A stretch of 64,000 nt of DNA, from positions 141,112,001-141,176,000 of the forward strand of contig CM069132.1 of the NCBI GenBank assembly GCA_035221665.1, read 5' to 3'. Under the pieces are notes generated by a model. That model worked only from the letters and a program-made list of their open reading frames with translations, was not told the DNA's origin and did not search any database. The stretch's first letter is position 1. Every line of letters begins with the position of its first letter. This stretch comes from Okamejei kenojei. Its lineage: Eukaryota. Both the position numbers and the translations under genes were made by a program. Below, in pieces: positions 13,180 to 24,720 of the stretch.

Positions 13180-13998
13180 AACCTTGAAATCGGCTTGTGA
13201 TAAAACCTCTGAAATTAGCTCACTGAACCATCCTGCGGCCGCGAGGACCTTGAAATCGTTTGCACCGACACCTTACTGTGTGGTTTTTTGTGACTAATAA
13301 ACAAACCAACTCTGTTTCTCTCAGAGATTTAGTAATCTCAATGTAACGAGATAAATGTGAGACTATACAGAAGCGATCATCTGCGGAGTATGCTGAAAAC
13401 ACAATCTTACATCCTGTCATGCCTCTTTTATTATGTGTAAGGAAATCATAGACATAAAATATAATGGCATCAGCCGACACATGCATTCTATCTAGCCGTA
13501 GCTTTTGCAACATTTATACACGTTGAGCTGAAACCAACGCCATAAGCATGACCACCTTCATAGATAATTTGGCTACTGATAGGCTTGTAACAGGAGCCCA
13601 CTGGCGACGAGCCATAAAAACTTCACTCAAATTCCAAATACCGGCATACCTGGGTTTAGGAGGATTAAATTGAAAACTCCCTTCATGAATTGTGAAACTA
13701 ACGGATGTCCCTACTGTATGCAATTCTGCATTCATAGATAAATAAGACAGAGCACTTCTGGCTGAATTAATCGCACTGTAACTTAATTTTTTCGGTCAAT
13801 TAAAGAGTTGACAAACTCCAATACATCCGTGATCCCTGCAGTGTGATATACAATATCCTGCTGTAGGCAGAATTGCTCCCACTTGCTTATATAGGTGATA
13901 TATTGCTGCTGTGTACTATCCCTGCAGGTCGACGTTAGAACCTCCACCGTCCGATGAGACAGTCCTCTCCCCAGGTATGGCCTCCTTAAAATCTGCAA
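13180..13998 (-). pseudogene. DIRS tyrosine recombinase, disrupted
   Basis: Fragments RDSTQQQYITYISKWEQFC, PPKPRYAGIW, KLSMKVVMLMALVSAQRV and C-terminal VLAAAGW..FQRFYHKPI. The HxxR box appears to be deleted. Confidence 0.85.
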
Positions 13999-14017
13999 TT
14001 AACAGATCAATACGATC

Positions 14018-15700
14018 CTATAAAGGATGTTGATCCCCAGTGACTGGATTTACCAGTAGATTTTTATTCTTGGGCATAAGCATGTAAGGCTCCCTAGCCA
14101 TTTGTAATACAACGGGAAACCATGCCCGTGTAGGCCAACCTGACACTACCAATACCCCTGAAGCGGAGTCCTCCTTGATCTTTTGCAAACATCTGCTGAT
14201 GAGACAGAATGGAGGAAATACATACACAAACATTCCTCCCCAATGCAGCGAAAATGCATCCACTGCTACTGCCCCAGAATCTGGTTACCATGAAACATAT
14301 CTAGGTAACTGATGATTTAATTGAGATGCAAACAAGTCAATACCTGGGCAATGCATACTGATCAATCATTTGGTTAAATACATCCTGATTTAACATCCAT
14401 TCAATGTTGTCATTAAACTGACGTGACCTCTTCCTGGCAAATAAAGTGCTGAAAGTCAGATATTTTGGTCAATACACCAGCTCCAAATCTGGTTAGCCAG
14501 TCTATCACAAGACTGTGACTTAACTCCACCCATGTGGTTAACATATGCCACTGCTGTGGTGTTGTCAATCTGACCTGCACATGCATATCTCTCCTTGTAG
14601 AACAATAAGCTTTGAGCCCATACCAGGTGCCCAACAACTCTAAATAATTCATCCCTCTTAATTGAGGAAGCGATGTCTCATCATCCATATTCCATCCGCC
14701 TCCACAACTAGAAGACATATCTGTTGCACCCCAACCCAGTGCACTTACATCAGTCTGTAATATCAGTGACGGTGATTCCACCAAAACCTTCCTTAAAATT
14801 TTGAAACATGTACTATCCACCATTGTATGTCAGCAATCGCCCCAGCTGACAACGGCATAGGCCTATCAAAAAATGGCCCCTTTGTATTCTCAGTGCCTGT
14901 TCCTTTGATAGTTGTAATTGTTGATAATGCAGAGGACCATACTGCACAGCTGGAAAGGCTGCAACAACTTCCCAATAAAGCTGGCTACTTGTCTAATCGA
15001 AGGCCGTTGTTCTCCAACGAGCTTAACACAGTCCTCAATTAACTGATTCAATTTAGCCCTGGGCAAAGTTACCAACATGTGATTGGAATTAATGGTAAAT
15101 CCCAGATAATCAATAATTTGGACTGGTGATAATTTAGATTTTATCTGGGTGAATAACAAATCCCATTTGTTCAAAAGTGATTTTAACAACTGAAACTGAT
15201 GATTGAGTTTCAGCATGAGTCTTTCCAACTATCAGAATATCATCTAAATAGGCCATTACCACATGCCCCTAAGCTCTAAGTAATGCTAACACAGGTTTTA
15301 CCAATTTAGTAAATAATCTAGGAGCTGAAGTTAATCCATTCGGCAATGTCCTGAATTGCCACAGCACAGTCATCCAAATAAATTTCAAATATCTTCTATC
15401 ATGACCATGAATAGACACTGTGTAATACGCATTCTTTAATCAACGGTTGCCATATAATACCCTTTGGACACTAGATGTTTGCCCGTGGTAAAGGTCTCCA
15501 TTTTGAAATGCCTATAACAAACAAATTTGTTCAAATTGGATAAGCCCAGAATAATTCTACATCCCTCAGTCTTTTTAGATCTGGGAAATATACTTGACAG
15601 AAATAGTTGACTTTGATATACAGAAGGCTCAATTACCCCTTCTTACGTAACGACTGAATCTGCTTAAATAAGCACATTTTCCTCATCTGAAAATAAGTTT
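14018..15700 (-). pseudogene. DIRS pol: reverse transcriptase, RNase H and C-terminal adenine-methyltransferase-like domain, disrupted
   Basis: RT motifs LPNGLTSAPRLFTKL (about 15300-15350) and AYLDD (YLDD at 15239-15250) with an in-frame TAG between them; IDYLGFTI; RNase H motifs LQTDVSALGWG and NYLELLG; MT-like DAFSLHWGGMFVYVFPPF..WPTRAWFP (14018-14263). Confidence 0.9.
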
Positions 15701-15792
15701 ACGACTAGGAAAATGTTGACTAGGTAGACTGCCCTTATAGTAAAATCCAATTTTTCACCCCTTCAATACACTAAGTATGAATAAATCTGATG

Positions 15793-16888
15793 TCAACTGC
15801 TGCCATTGTTTGAGAAACAATGTTTACCTTCCCCAATTTGAACAGGAACATCAGTTAATTCATCTTCTATCAATGGTATATTCCTTACCAGCATATTTCC
15901 TTGCGGCCTTGTTGTCCTCGACTTCTTGTAGAGAACCTTTTTTGCCTTGCTTCCAGCTGGCTTAATGAGGGCCATGGTTATAACAACCTCATAACAGTCT
16001 TTGACCCTTTTTGCAAGGTTACCACCAAACAACAGATTTCGTGGTGGTACACTGGTTTCAAAATGCATTACAAAGGAGTTCCAGTTCATCCTGCTGTGCT
16101 TCAACCATATCATTTGTATCAATAACTTTCACCACAGCTGTAATACCTGCTGACAACAGTTTAAGCACTTTTTAAAACTTCATGTCCTGGGCCCTGGCAG
16201 GCAAACCCATCTATGACCAAATTTGGTGATTAACCACCGGTATCTTCAGGAGATCACAATTAACAGGAGCTTTATAGTTTTTTGCTACTTCATCCATAGC
16301 TAGCTCCTGTAACTGGTGGGAGAGCATATACTGAATGGCTTCAGCCAATTCTACATCAATCGCCTTTCCTGCCTCTCTACACTCAGCAAACTTCCCAGCA
16401 ATGTTCGGAATTACCTCCAACCGAACACCTTTACTGCTCTCCCCCAGCATAGAATCAGTGTCAGCAAACTGCACTGATGGAACATCCTCCTCACAGGCAG
16501 GATAGTTCTGCAGCCCTGAAACAGGTGCTGCTAACACAAGCTCTCCATCAGCCTGGCTTGGGCACCACTCCTCCTCACGGAGCTGGTCCCTGTCGAGCAT
16601 TCTTTTGAAATAGAATCTCGACGTGGGAGAGCCGTGAGCAAACGGACTCTCCTATGGAGGGTATAACCTCCAGGCCCGACTCATCTACGGGCCTGACAGA
16701 CTTGCCAGTGGCCTTCCCCCTACTGACAAGCCTCCACTGCCCCCCGGCAGTGGGTCCGCAACCACTGGCTGTGTAGCCAGCACCGGACCAGGTGTACCAG
16801 ACGGGCCTCCATCCTCAACACTCTCCTGGTCACTCTCCTTTCTACCCCCGGAGCGCCTCGCCGACACCTTCTTCACTTTCTGCAACAT
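15793..16888 (-). pseudogene. DIRS ORF1 (gag-like), broken into fragments
   Basis: Consecutive minus-strand ORF pieces 16685-16888, 16211-16600 (..YKAPVNCDLLKIPVVNHQIW) and 15793-16122 (..LLFGGNLAKRVKD) lie at the 5' position of the element. Confidence 0.75.
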
Positions 16889-17220
16889 TCTCTACCCAAA
16901 CTGTCGCGGAAAAGGACATGCGGTAAAAGTTTTTAAAACCTTACCTGTTTGAACTTTGTTAACAAACTGCAAATGCTGGAGAATCGAGGGTGAAGTCTGA
17001 AGAAGGGTCTCGACCCGCAACATCGCCCATCTCCCTCGCTCCTTAGATGCCGCTGCACCCGCTAAATCTCCAGCCTTTCGTGTCACGCGGTTTACACTTA
17101 CCGCTCGGAGGAGCGCTGCTGCTCCAACCGCCCGACTGCACCAGCGTCTGACGTCATGACGCACCAACGGCTGTACGGGCTTCTATTCACGTAGTCACTC
17201 ACGTGACTCCGAAGTAAAAT

Positions 17221-17556
17221 ACAAGCCCAGTCGCTCCATTCTTTCAACATATGATAGTCCCGCCATCCTGGGAATTAACTTTGTGAACCTACACTGCACT
17301 CTCTCAATAGCAAGAATGTCCTTCATCAAATTTGGAGACCAAAACTGCACACAATACTCCAGGTGTAGTCTCACTTGGGCCCTGTACAACTGCAGAAGGA
17401 CCTCTTTGCTCCTATACTCAACTCCTCTTGTTATGAAGGCCAACTTGCCATTAGCTTTCTTCACTGCCTGCTGTACTTGCATGCTTACTTTCAGTGACTG
17501 ATGAGCAAGGACACCCAGATCTCATTGTACTTCCCCTTTTCCTAACTAAACACCAT
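17221..17556 (-). mobile_element. CR1 fragment, right half of the copy split by DIRS
   Basis: QVQQAVKKANG..LEYCVQFWSP..ERLGLY, contiguous in CR1 coordinates with 12647. Confidence 0.9.
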
Positions 17557-17594
17557 TCAGATATGATGTGAAAGAAGCCAATACTGTGACAAGT

Positions 17595-17812
17595 TCACAA
17601 GTTCTAGTAGAATTAGGCCATTCGGCCCATCGAGTCTACTCTGCCATTCAATCATGCCTGATCTCTGCCTCCTAATCCCATTTCCCTTCTCCCCATAACC
17701 CTTGACACCAATTCTAATCAAGAATTTGTCTGTTTCTGCCTTAAAAGTATCCACTGACTTGGCCTCCACTGCCCTCTGTGGCAATGAGTTCCACAGATTA
17801 ACTACTCTCTGA
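17595..17812 (-). mobile_element. CR1 3' tail fragment
   Basis: Reverse complement of the tail family seen at 29908-30152. Confidence 0.8.
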
Positions 17813-18254
17813 CAGGCAAAAGAAAACAGCTTTTAAGTTGTTTGATGATTGAATTGTTTAGAATTTTGGTAATGGGTTGTTTGGTAAATAGCAATGTTCC
17901 CAATGTATCATTTTCTTACCAAATTATATGAGTTTTGTGGGAGCAAGCTGAATCGGTGCGAGCAACAGATTAATTCTGCTAGCCTGTGGAGTTGGTTCAG
18001 TAACTGTGACCCTTGCACAGTCCTTACATTAATCTATATAGAGGTATGTCAGAACATTAATAGTGCAGAATCATTCTTTAAAGGAACAATATTCGATCAT
18101 GAAAATAAATTGGTATGACCTTTGGCTATAGTATCAGGTTTCACGACAAATTCAGTTTGAGAGAGTAGAAGGTCACCTTGAGAAGTAGCTTGATACTACT
18201 GAACCCAAACCTGGAATAATAAGAGCTGGAATATATGCTGGCTGCACTCTTAGA

Positions 18255-18645
18255 TACTTAAGAAGGATGAGAGGAGATCTTATTGAAACATGTGAGATTA
18301 TTAAGGGTTTGGACACGCTAGAGGTAGGAAACATGTTCCCGATGTTGGTGGAGTCCAGAACCAGGGGCCACAGTTTAAGAATAAGGGATAAGCCATTTTG
18401 AACAGAGATGAGGAAACACTTTTTCACACTGAGAGTTGTGAGTCTGTGGAATTCTCTGCCTCAGAGGGTAGTGGAGGCCTGTTCTCTGGATACTTTCAAG
18501 AGAGAGCTAGATAGGGCTATTAAAGATAGCGGAGTCAGGCGACATGGGGAGAAGGCAGTAACAGGGTACTGATTGTGGACGATCAGCCATGATCACATTA
18601 AATGGCGGTGTTGGCTCGAAGGGCTGAATGGCCTACTCCTGCATT
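18255..18645 (+). mobile_element. CR1 3' fragment
   Basis: agaaggatgagaggagatcttattgaaac..ggcctactcctgca. Confidence 0.88.
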
Positions 18646-19156
18646 ATAGTTAATAGATTCATACAATTAAAATGGCTACCTAAATGAATGTGGAAAATCC
18701 ATACCCAATACCTCCCCACCATTACTCAGCTGTAAAGCCGTGCTTGAAATAGAGCTCTAAATCAAGTTATACATCAAGTTTCAATTATACTGCTGGGCAA
18801 CGTAGTGTCACAGCTAATAGAGTTGCTGCCTGCGTAGAGTTTGCACATTCTCCCCGTGACTGTGTAGGTTCCCCCTGACTGCTTTACTTTGTTCCTACAT
18901 CCCGAAAATGTCAAGGTTAGTGGATTAATTAGCTACTGCATGTTTCCCCTCAGGTGTAAATGACTGGTATAATCTGGAGAATAGAGAAATGATGGGAATG
19001 TGGGAAGAATTAAATGGGTTAATGCAGGATAAGTGTAAAAATGGTGCTTTGTCATAAATCTCATGGAAGTTGAGTCAAAAGGTTTTCCACAGTTTATTTG
19101 GGATGTCACTTTTTAAAAAAGAGAGGGTAATAGGCTGGCCAGGCCGAATCACCCCC

Positions 19157-19530
19157 TTCTTAAGGGGTTGGACAGGCTAGATGCAGGATGAATTGTTCCC
19201 GATGTTGGGGAAGTCCAGAACAAGGGGTCACAGTTTAAGGATAAGGGGGAAGTCTTTTAGGACCGAGATGAGAAAATCATTTTTCACACAGAAAGTGGTG
19301 AATCTGTGGAATTCTCTGCCACAGAAGGTAGTTGAGGCCAGTTCATTGGCCATATTTAAGAGGGTGTTAGATGTGGCCCTTGTGGCTGAAGGGATCAGGG
19401 GGTATGGAGAGAAGGCAGGTACAGGATACTGAGTTGGATGATCAGCCATGATCATATTGAATGGCGTGTGCAGGCTCGAAGGGCCGAACGGCCTACTCCT
19501 GCACCTATTTTCTATGTTTCTATGTTTCTG
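19157..19530 (+). mobile_element. Young CR1 3' fragment
   Basis: FPMLGKSRTRGHSLRIRGKSFRTEMRK..; tail ttctatgtttctatgtttct. Confidence 0.9.
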
Positions 19531-20097
19531 AATCGAGGATGTAGTTTGAAATGGCAGAGCAGTTGTGCAAGAATCCACCACTATCACCATCCGCACTTTC
19601 TGCTTAAGAAACCTCGTTCATCACAGATGAGCTGTGGTTTCTCTTACTTTGCTAAATAAACTAGCAATTCTTTCATGACAGTGCGGCAAGTATCTCTTTC
19701 ATGACATGAGAAATGGGGATAACACAGAACTAGTGGATAGCACGCAACAAAAGCTTTTCACTGTACCTCGGCACATGTGAAAATAAACTAAACTGAAACT
19801 AGTGTGAACAGGTAATTGATGGTCGGCATGGACACGGTGGTCTTAACGGCCAGTTTCCTCACTTTATCTCTAAATTAAACTAATGTATGTTTATTGATTG
19901 TGCTTAGCTAAAGGATAATGTAAGTGAATGCATTAGAATATTTATTTACTTAGTCAGTTATTATATGACAAGTTAAAGTGTTGCCAACATTAGACAAATT
20001 GATGGAAAAAGATTGATTAATTTATCTTAGCTTATCTTATCTTTAGCTTAATGTATCATTGATATGTGCATTGGCACCTTTTCGTCTATGAAATGAA

Positions 20098-20345
20098 AAC
20101 ACAGACGGAAAATAAAACTGGAGTAACTCAACGGGTCACGAAGCATCTCTGGAGAAAAGGAATAGGTGTTCGACACAAAATGCTGGAGTAACTCAGCGGG
20201 ACAGGCAGCATCTCCAGAGAGAAAGAATGGGTGACGTTTCGGGTCGAGACCCTTCTTCAGACTGAGAGTCAGGGGAAAGGCCCAGTCACTCCAGCTTTTT
20301 GTATCTATCATCAGTTTAAACCAGCATCTGCAGTAACTTCCTACG
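20098..20345. mobile_element. Tandem and fold-back Penelope-derived unit
   Basis: Two tandem arms followed by an inverted arm; intact core at 20233-20260. Confidence 0.75.
20233..20260 (-). ncRNA. Minimal hammerhead-ribozyme-like core (Penelope-associated type)
   Basis: Minus strand CTGAAGA-A-GGGTC-TC-GACCC-GAAA-C-GTC gives the CUGANGA box, helix II, the GAAA box and a palindromic ACGU helix III with a GUC triplet. Helix I looks very short by eye. Confidence 0.65.
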
Positions 20346-21663
20346 CTGACAGAAACTATATGTCAATGGCATTTCATTGGCTATAAAATGCTTTGAAACC
20401 TCTTGCAGTCTAGAAGCAATTTATACATTTATGAGCCTTCTCCTTTTAATTCATAGACCTTTTATCTTTTCAGTTTATCTAATCGAAAATATCATTTTGA
20501 ATTGTGACTGCACAAATTGGTTCAATCATTAGTAATGTTAAGAAAAGGACAGTTTATAATTATACCCCTTCCATTGTAAATCTGCAAAATCCAGAACTGC
20601 AACTTAGTTGCATTGGAGCCAGACAGGAATTTGATGAAAACTGTAGATGCCTCTGTGGTACCAGTCTGTCACACTGCATGTACTGTATATAACCAAGGCT
20701 TACTGTTAATATTTTTTAAGGCAAGGCATGCTTGTTTTTTTCCCAAATGACTAGTAAAAATTTGTCATCGGTCCATCTATATTTCATGTTTTGATCATCC
20801 TTTCCATCTGTTATAAACGTCAACAGTTCTTTCCTGAGTTTTGATATGAAAGAGATGCGTGAAACAGAATGATCATGGGTGGCATGGGCTTTATTCCATT
20901 GTATAATTGATAGGGATTTTCTGTTCAATTTCTTTAAGATGCCTTGGATACTGGGTGGTCAAAATTCAATACCAATGCAGAGAGGACATACAGACCAATT
21001 CAATCAATTTTACATTCATAATGCTTACTATGCTACTACGGTACTATAACAACCTTTAAAAGCCACTTCGACAGGTACATGGGGAGGAAAGATTTCATAT
21101 CACAAGACATAGGAGCAGAATTAGGCCATTCAGCCCACCGAGATTACTCCACCCTTCGATTATGGCTGATCTATTTTCCCTCCCAACCCCATTTAATTCT
21201 CCTGAAGGATTTTGAAGGATATAGGTCCAGTGTGGGCATGTAAGACCAGCTTAGACAGGACATCTTAGTCAGCATGTTTCCGTGCTATGTGACTTCATGA
21301 CTAATATTTTGGAACTTACAACCTGTGTCTTTTATACTTTCACTGCCGCTAATGACTGCTTGGAAGAATCCAATAGCAAAGAAATAAACTGCTGTAGGAA
21401 TCTATTCCTGACAAGAGATGGAATAGCTGTGTTTGAATTGTATCCGCATGGAGACAAGATGAAACATATAGAGAAGACATAGCCTATTCATTAGGCCAAT
21501 CTTTTCTGTTTTATTTCAGTATTGCAGATATTGGTCCATGAGACATGGACTAGCAATAACTAAAAATGTACATCCAGCGAGTGGCGAGAATGTAAATAGG
21601 GAAATAGGTTCACCACAGGGAACAAATTAGGCAAATATTGTTGATGCATTTTCAGGGAAGTTA

Positions 21664-21877
21664 AGGGCCTGTCCCACTTTCACGACCTAATTCACGACCT
21701 TTGTTACTCGTGGACATTTTTCATCATGTTGAAAAACCCCAACCTACTTGATGCCACGAGTACCTATCACTAGCATCACGACCTACCTACGACCTCGTGA
21801 CGACCATGCTGTGAGTATGAGTCAAGGGCAAACTCGGCAGAGGTCGTGAATTAGTTCGTAAAATTGGGACAGGCCCT
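21664..21877. mobile_element. PIF/Harbinger (Tourist-like) MITE
   Basis: TIR AGGGCCTGTCCCACTTTCACGACCTAATTCACGACC with an imperfect inverted copy at the right end; 3-bp TSD TTA. Confidence 0.85.
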
Positions 21878-22679
21878 TTAGATAAATATACGAGGCAGGA
21901 ACAGAAGGATAAACAGACTGGGTTAGATACAGGAGGATTAAGATTCTTTGTTGCATAAATATGGGGACAGACCCTTTGGACAAATGGCCATTTCTGTGCT
22001 TCATTTACCTTTGAAAAACCTTCTGTGGGATGCCTGGTGGGACTTTCTTTCTCACGCAACTAAAACTTTTCACTGTACCTCACTACATGTGATGATAAAC
22101 TAACCTAAACTGAACTCTTTCAAGGCAACTTGCTTTTCCTCAACTCGGAAAAAGTAGGAATAAGGATGGCAGAGTGATGATGTAGGGAGTACTGATATCT
22201 CCCTGGTTTCCTTCCATACCTCCAAGATGCCAAGATTGCCCCTCATGTAGATGGCTGGTGCGAGAATGAATGCGTTAATTAATAGGCATGTGTGCAATAA
22301 ATGGTTACAGGAATTGTGTGTTGGAATACGGGATGTCGTAATCGCTTTGAAGCCCAGGAAGGTTTTCATGGGCCAAATGGCTTTTCTAGATGGTACCAAT
22401 TTGCTTTCTGTGCCTGTCACTAAGATAATTAAGGCAGAGACACAAGGCAAAGAATCTAGTTGGGCAAAATACTAGAAGAATTAATCCAAGGAAAGGTCAT
22501 ACAATTTGTTCAATTTCAAAGTAAAAGCACTGACAGAAACTATATGTCAAAGGCATTTAATTGTCCATTCAATAGTTAACTACTGAACAAATCTTTAGCA
22601 AGCCCATTCCATTGAACAGGCAGCACCAGAGCAACAGATTAAGAAAAACATACCTTTCTCACTGACCTTTCTCTGCTTC

Positions 22680-23020
22680 AAGTCCTCCCAAAGTGATTTA
22701 TAGTCACTGAAGTGCTTTTGAAAAGTGGTCAACTTTTACAATGTAGGAAGCACAGTAGCCAATTTGCACATGGCAAGTTACATTAAATTAACCTTTATTT
22801 CTTCAAAATAGTGCCTTGGGATTTTTCATGTACATCTGAGAGAGGGAATAAAGGCCTCCGTTTAACATCCAATTCAATAGGCAGCATTCTGGACAAAATA
22901 GCATTCCCTCAGTAACTGAGAGCGAGGAATATTGGGCTCTAGCCTCAAGAGAGGGACTTGAACCTGCAACTTTCAGACTCAAGAGGATAAAGTGCTGCCA
23001 AGCCATCTCTGCCTGCCAGA
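22680..23020 (-). mobile_element. Ancient Deu-domain SINE (SacSINE1/LmeSINE1-like)
   Basis: Minus strand ggcagcactt..gagtctgaaagttgcaggttcaagtccc..ctgagggaatgct..atcccaaggcactattttgaaga..tgtgcaaattggctactgtgcttcctacatt resembles the recalled consensus. Confidence 0.6.
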
Positions 23021-23061
23021 GTAAAGGCACTCATGCCGTGGGACCAATTTCCATAAAGCAG

Positions 23062-23200
23062 CTGAAGATAGACACAAAAAGCTGGAATAACTCAGTTTGT
23101 CAGGCAGCATCACTGGAGAAAAGGAATAGGTGACGTTTCGTGTCGAGACCCTTCTTCAGACTGAGAATCAGAGGAAAGGGAAATGAGAGATATAGATGGT
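23062..23200 (-). mobile_element. Penelope-derived unit with hammerhead-like core
   Basis: gacgtttcgtgtcgagacccttcttcag at 23132-23159 with the family arm upstream. Confidence 0.75.
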
Positions 23201-23419
23201 GTCCATACAAAGTTTGTACATTCTCCCTGTGACCGCGTAGGTTTTCTCAGAAATCTTCGGTTTCCTCCCACACTCCAAAGACTTCCAGGCGTGTAGGTTA
23301 CTTGGCTAAGTGTAAATTGTTCCTAGTGTGTGTAGGCTTGTGTTAATGAGCGGGGATCGCTGGTCGGTGTGGATCTCGGTGGACCGACGGGCCTGTTTCT
23401 GCGCCATATCTCTAAAACT

Positions 23420-23720
23420 ACAAAAAGAAAGGTGGAGCCCACAATTGTCCATTGTTGGCTGTGGGCTAGATGATAACGGGTTATAGTGAAACTCAACAGG
23501 AGGACATTGTGAAACAAGTACGACGACTAGGGTGAGGGAGAGAGGATGCAAGGGTTACTTTAAGTTAGAGAAATCAATATTCATACCACTGGGTTGTAAA
23601 CTGCCCAAGCAAAATATGAAGTGCTGTTCCTCCAATCTATGTTTGGCCACCCCTTGACAGTGGGGGAGACCCAGGACAGAAAGGTCAATATGGGAATGGG
23701 AAGGGGAGTTAAACGAATCA
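23420..23720 (-). mobile_element. Penelope-like GIY-YIG C-terminal fragment and 3' UTR
   Basis: FNSPSHSHIDLSVLGLPHCQGVAKHRLEEQHFIFCLGSLQPSGMNIDFSN, homologous to the copy at 60120-60280. Confidence 0.85.
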
Positions 23721-23724
23721 GCCA

Positions 23725-23785
23725 GCGGATTCAACCGTAACCGCGCGTTGAGGGGACGGGACCCAACGGGTCCCCCTTGGTCTAG
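23725..23785 (+). mobile_element. Helitron-like 3' terminus
   Basis: GC hairpin GGGACCC-AAC-GGGTCCC (23758-23774), then a 7-nt spacer and CTAG (23782-23785) followed by T. Confidence 0.6.
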
Positions 23786-24534
23786 TAAAAACATAGGTGC
23801 AGCAGGCTCACAAGACGTCCGAGGATTTTGCTACCTTTCATTTGAACATTGACGCATATGGTGAAACGTGGCCCAATGACGAAGCAAACTGCAGCCTGCC
23901 GCCGAACCCAACCTGCTGCATTTGAAAAAGAGAGCCTGATCAATAACTGCATTGATTAACTAGCCCAAATACTTTAACCTTGAATTCTGCCTCTTCGGGT
24001 ATCATCACCGGCAGAAGACTGTTCCATACATTCTCTGTCCCATGACATCAAAAATATGGAAAAAAAATCAATAGCAATTACATGCCACAGACACAGCTCT
24101 GAAATATGTTATCAGCCACTTCCATATGAGTTAGAATTTCATCAGCAGCTTCAGATGACCCAGTGCCCAAGGTCTGAGATATTTTGGTTGTTTCTTAACT
24201 CAGCTATTACTTTCCTTAAAAAAGTCAGCTATTGCTTTATTATCCCATTACATGGCTGTCCAGATTCATATTCTGCAGCAGTCTAATCCTTTATTAGAAG
24301 GGATTACATCAGTATCACACAAACAGGAGCAACCGTCACCTGTATGATAAGCTGGAATGAAAATCATGATGCTTGCTTCCTACACGTAGCCCTGGGAACT
24401 TGCGTTGAGTAATTTACACTCACAAGGTTGGACGTGTTGCATTTTTGTAACACTGACCTGTAAAATCTGCCCTCACAAAGGTTTCTCACGGGTCTGCCCA
24501 CAGAAAGGTTTCTCACAAGTCCGCCTTCACTATG

Positions 24535-24720
24535 TTAGACACAAAAAGCTGGAGTAACTCAGCGGGACAGGCAGCATCTTTGGAGAGAAGGACTGGGCAG
24601 CGTTTCGGGTCGAGACCTATCTTCAGACTGAAGAAGGGTCTTGACCCTAAACGTCACCCATTCCTTCTCTCCACAGATGCTGCCTGTCTCACTGAATTAC
24701 TCCGGCATTTTATGTCTACA
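24535..24720. mobile_element. Fold-back Penelope-derived unit
   Basis: Near-palindrome centred on cttcagactgaag (about 24627) with two opposed cores. Confidence 0.8.

Larger units (their letters stand above)
12648..17220 (-). mobile_element. DIRS1-type tyrosine-recombinase retrotransposon, full-length structure but with frameshifts and stops, inserted into a CR1 LINE
   Basis: A 40-bp inverted terminal segment at 12711-12750 is the reverse complement of 17157-17196. An internal complementary region at 12859-12965 pairs with both termini. Minus-strand order is gag-like, RT/RNase H, methyltransferase-like, then tyrosine recombinase. CR1 sequence continues on both sides. Confidence 0.93.

Noticed and set aside
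21664-21877. CRISPR-like array (recurrent CACGACC/ACGACCT motifs)
   Set aside because: These are subterminal repeats of a MITE with TIRs and TSD. There are no regular spacers or cas genes, and the context is eukaryotic.
24535-24720. miRNA precursor or terminator hairpin
   Set aside because: It is better explained as a fold-back copy of a high-copy Penelope-derived repeat. Small-RNA production cannot be judged from sequence alone.
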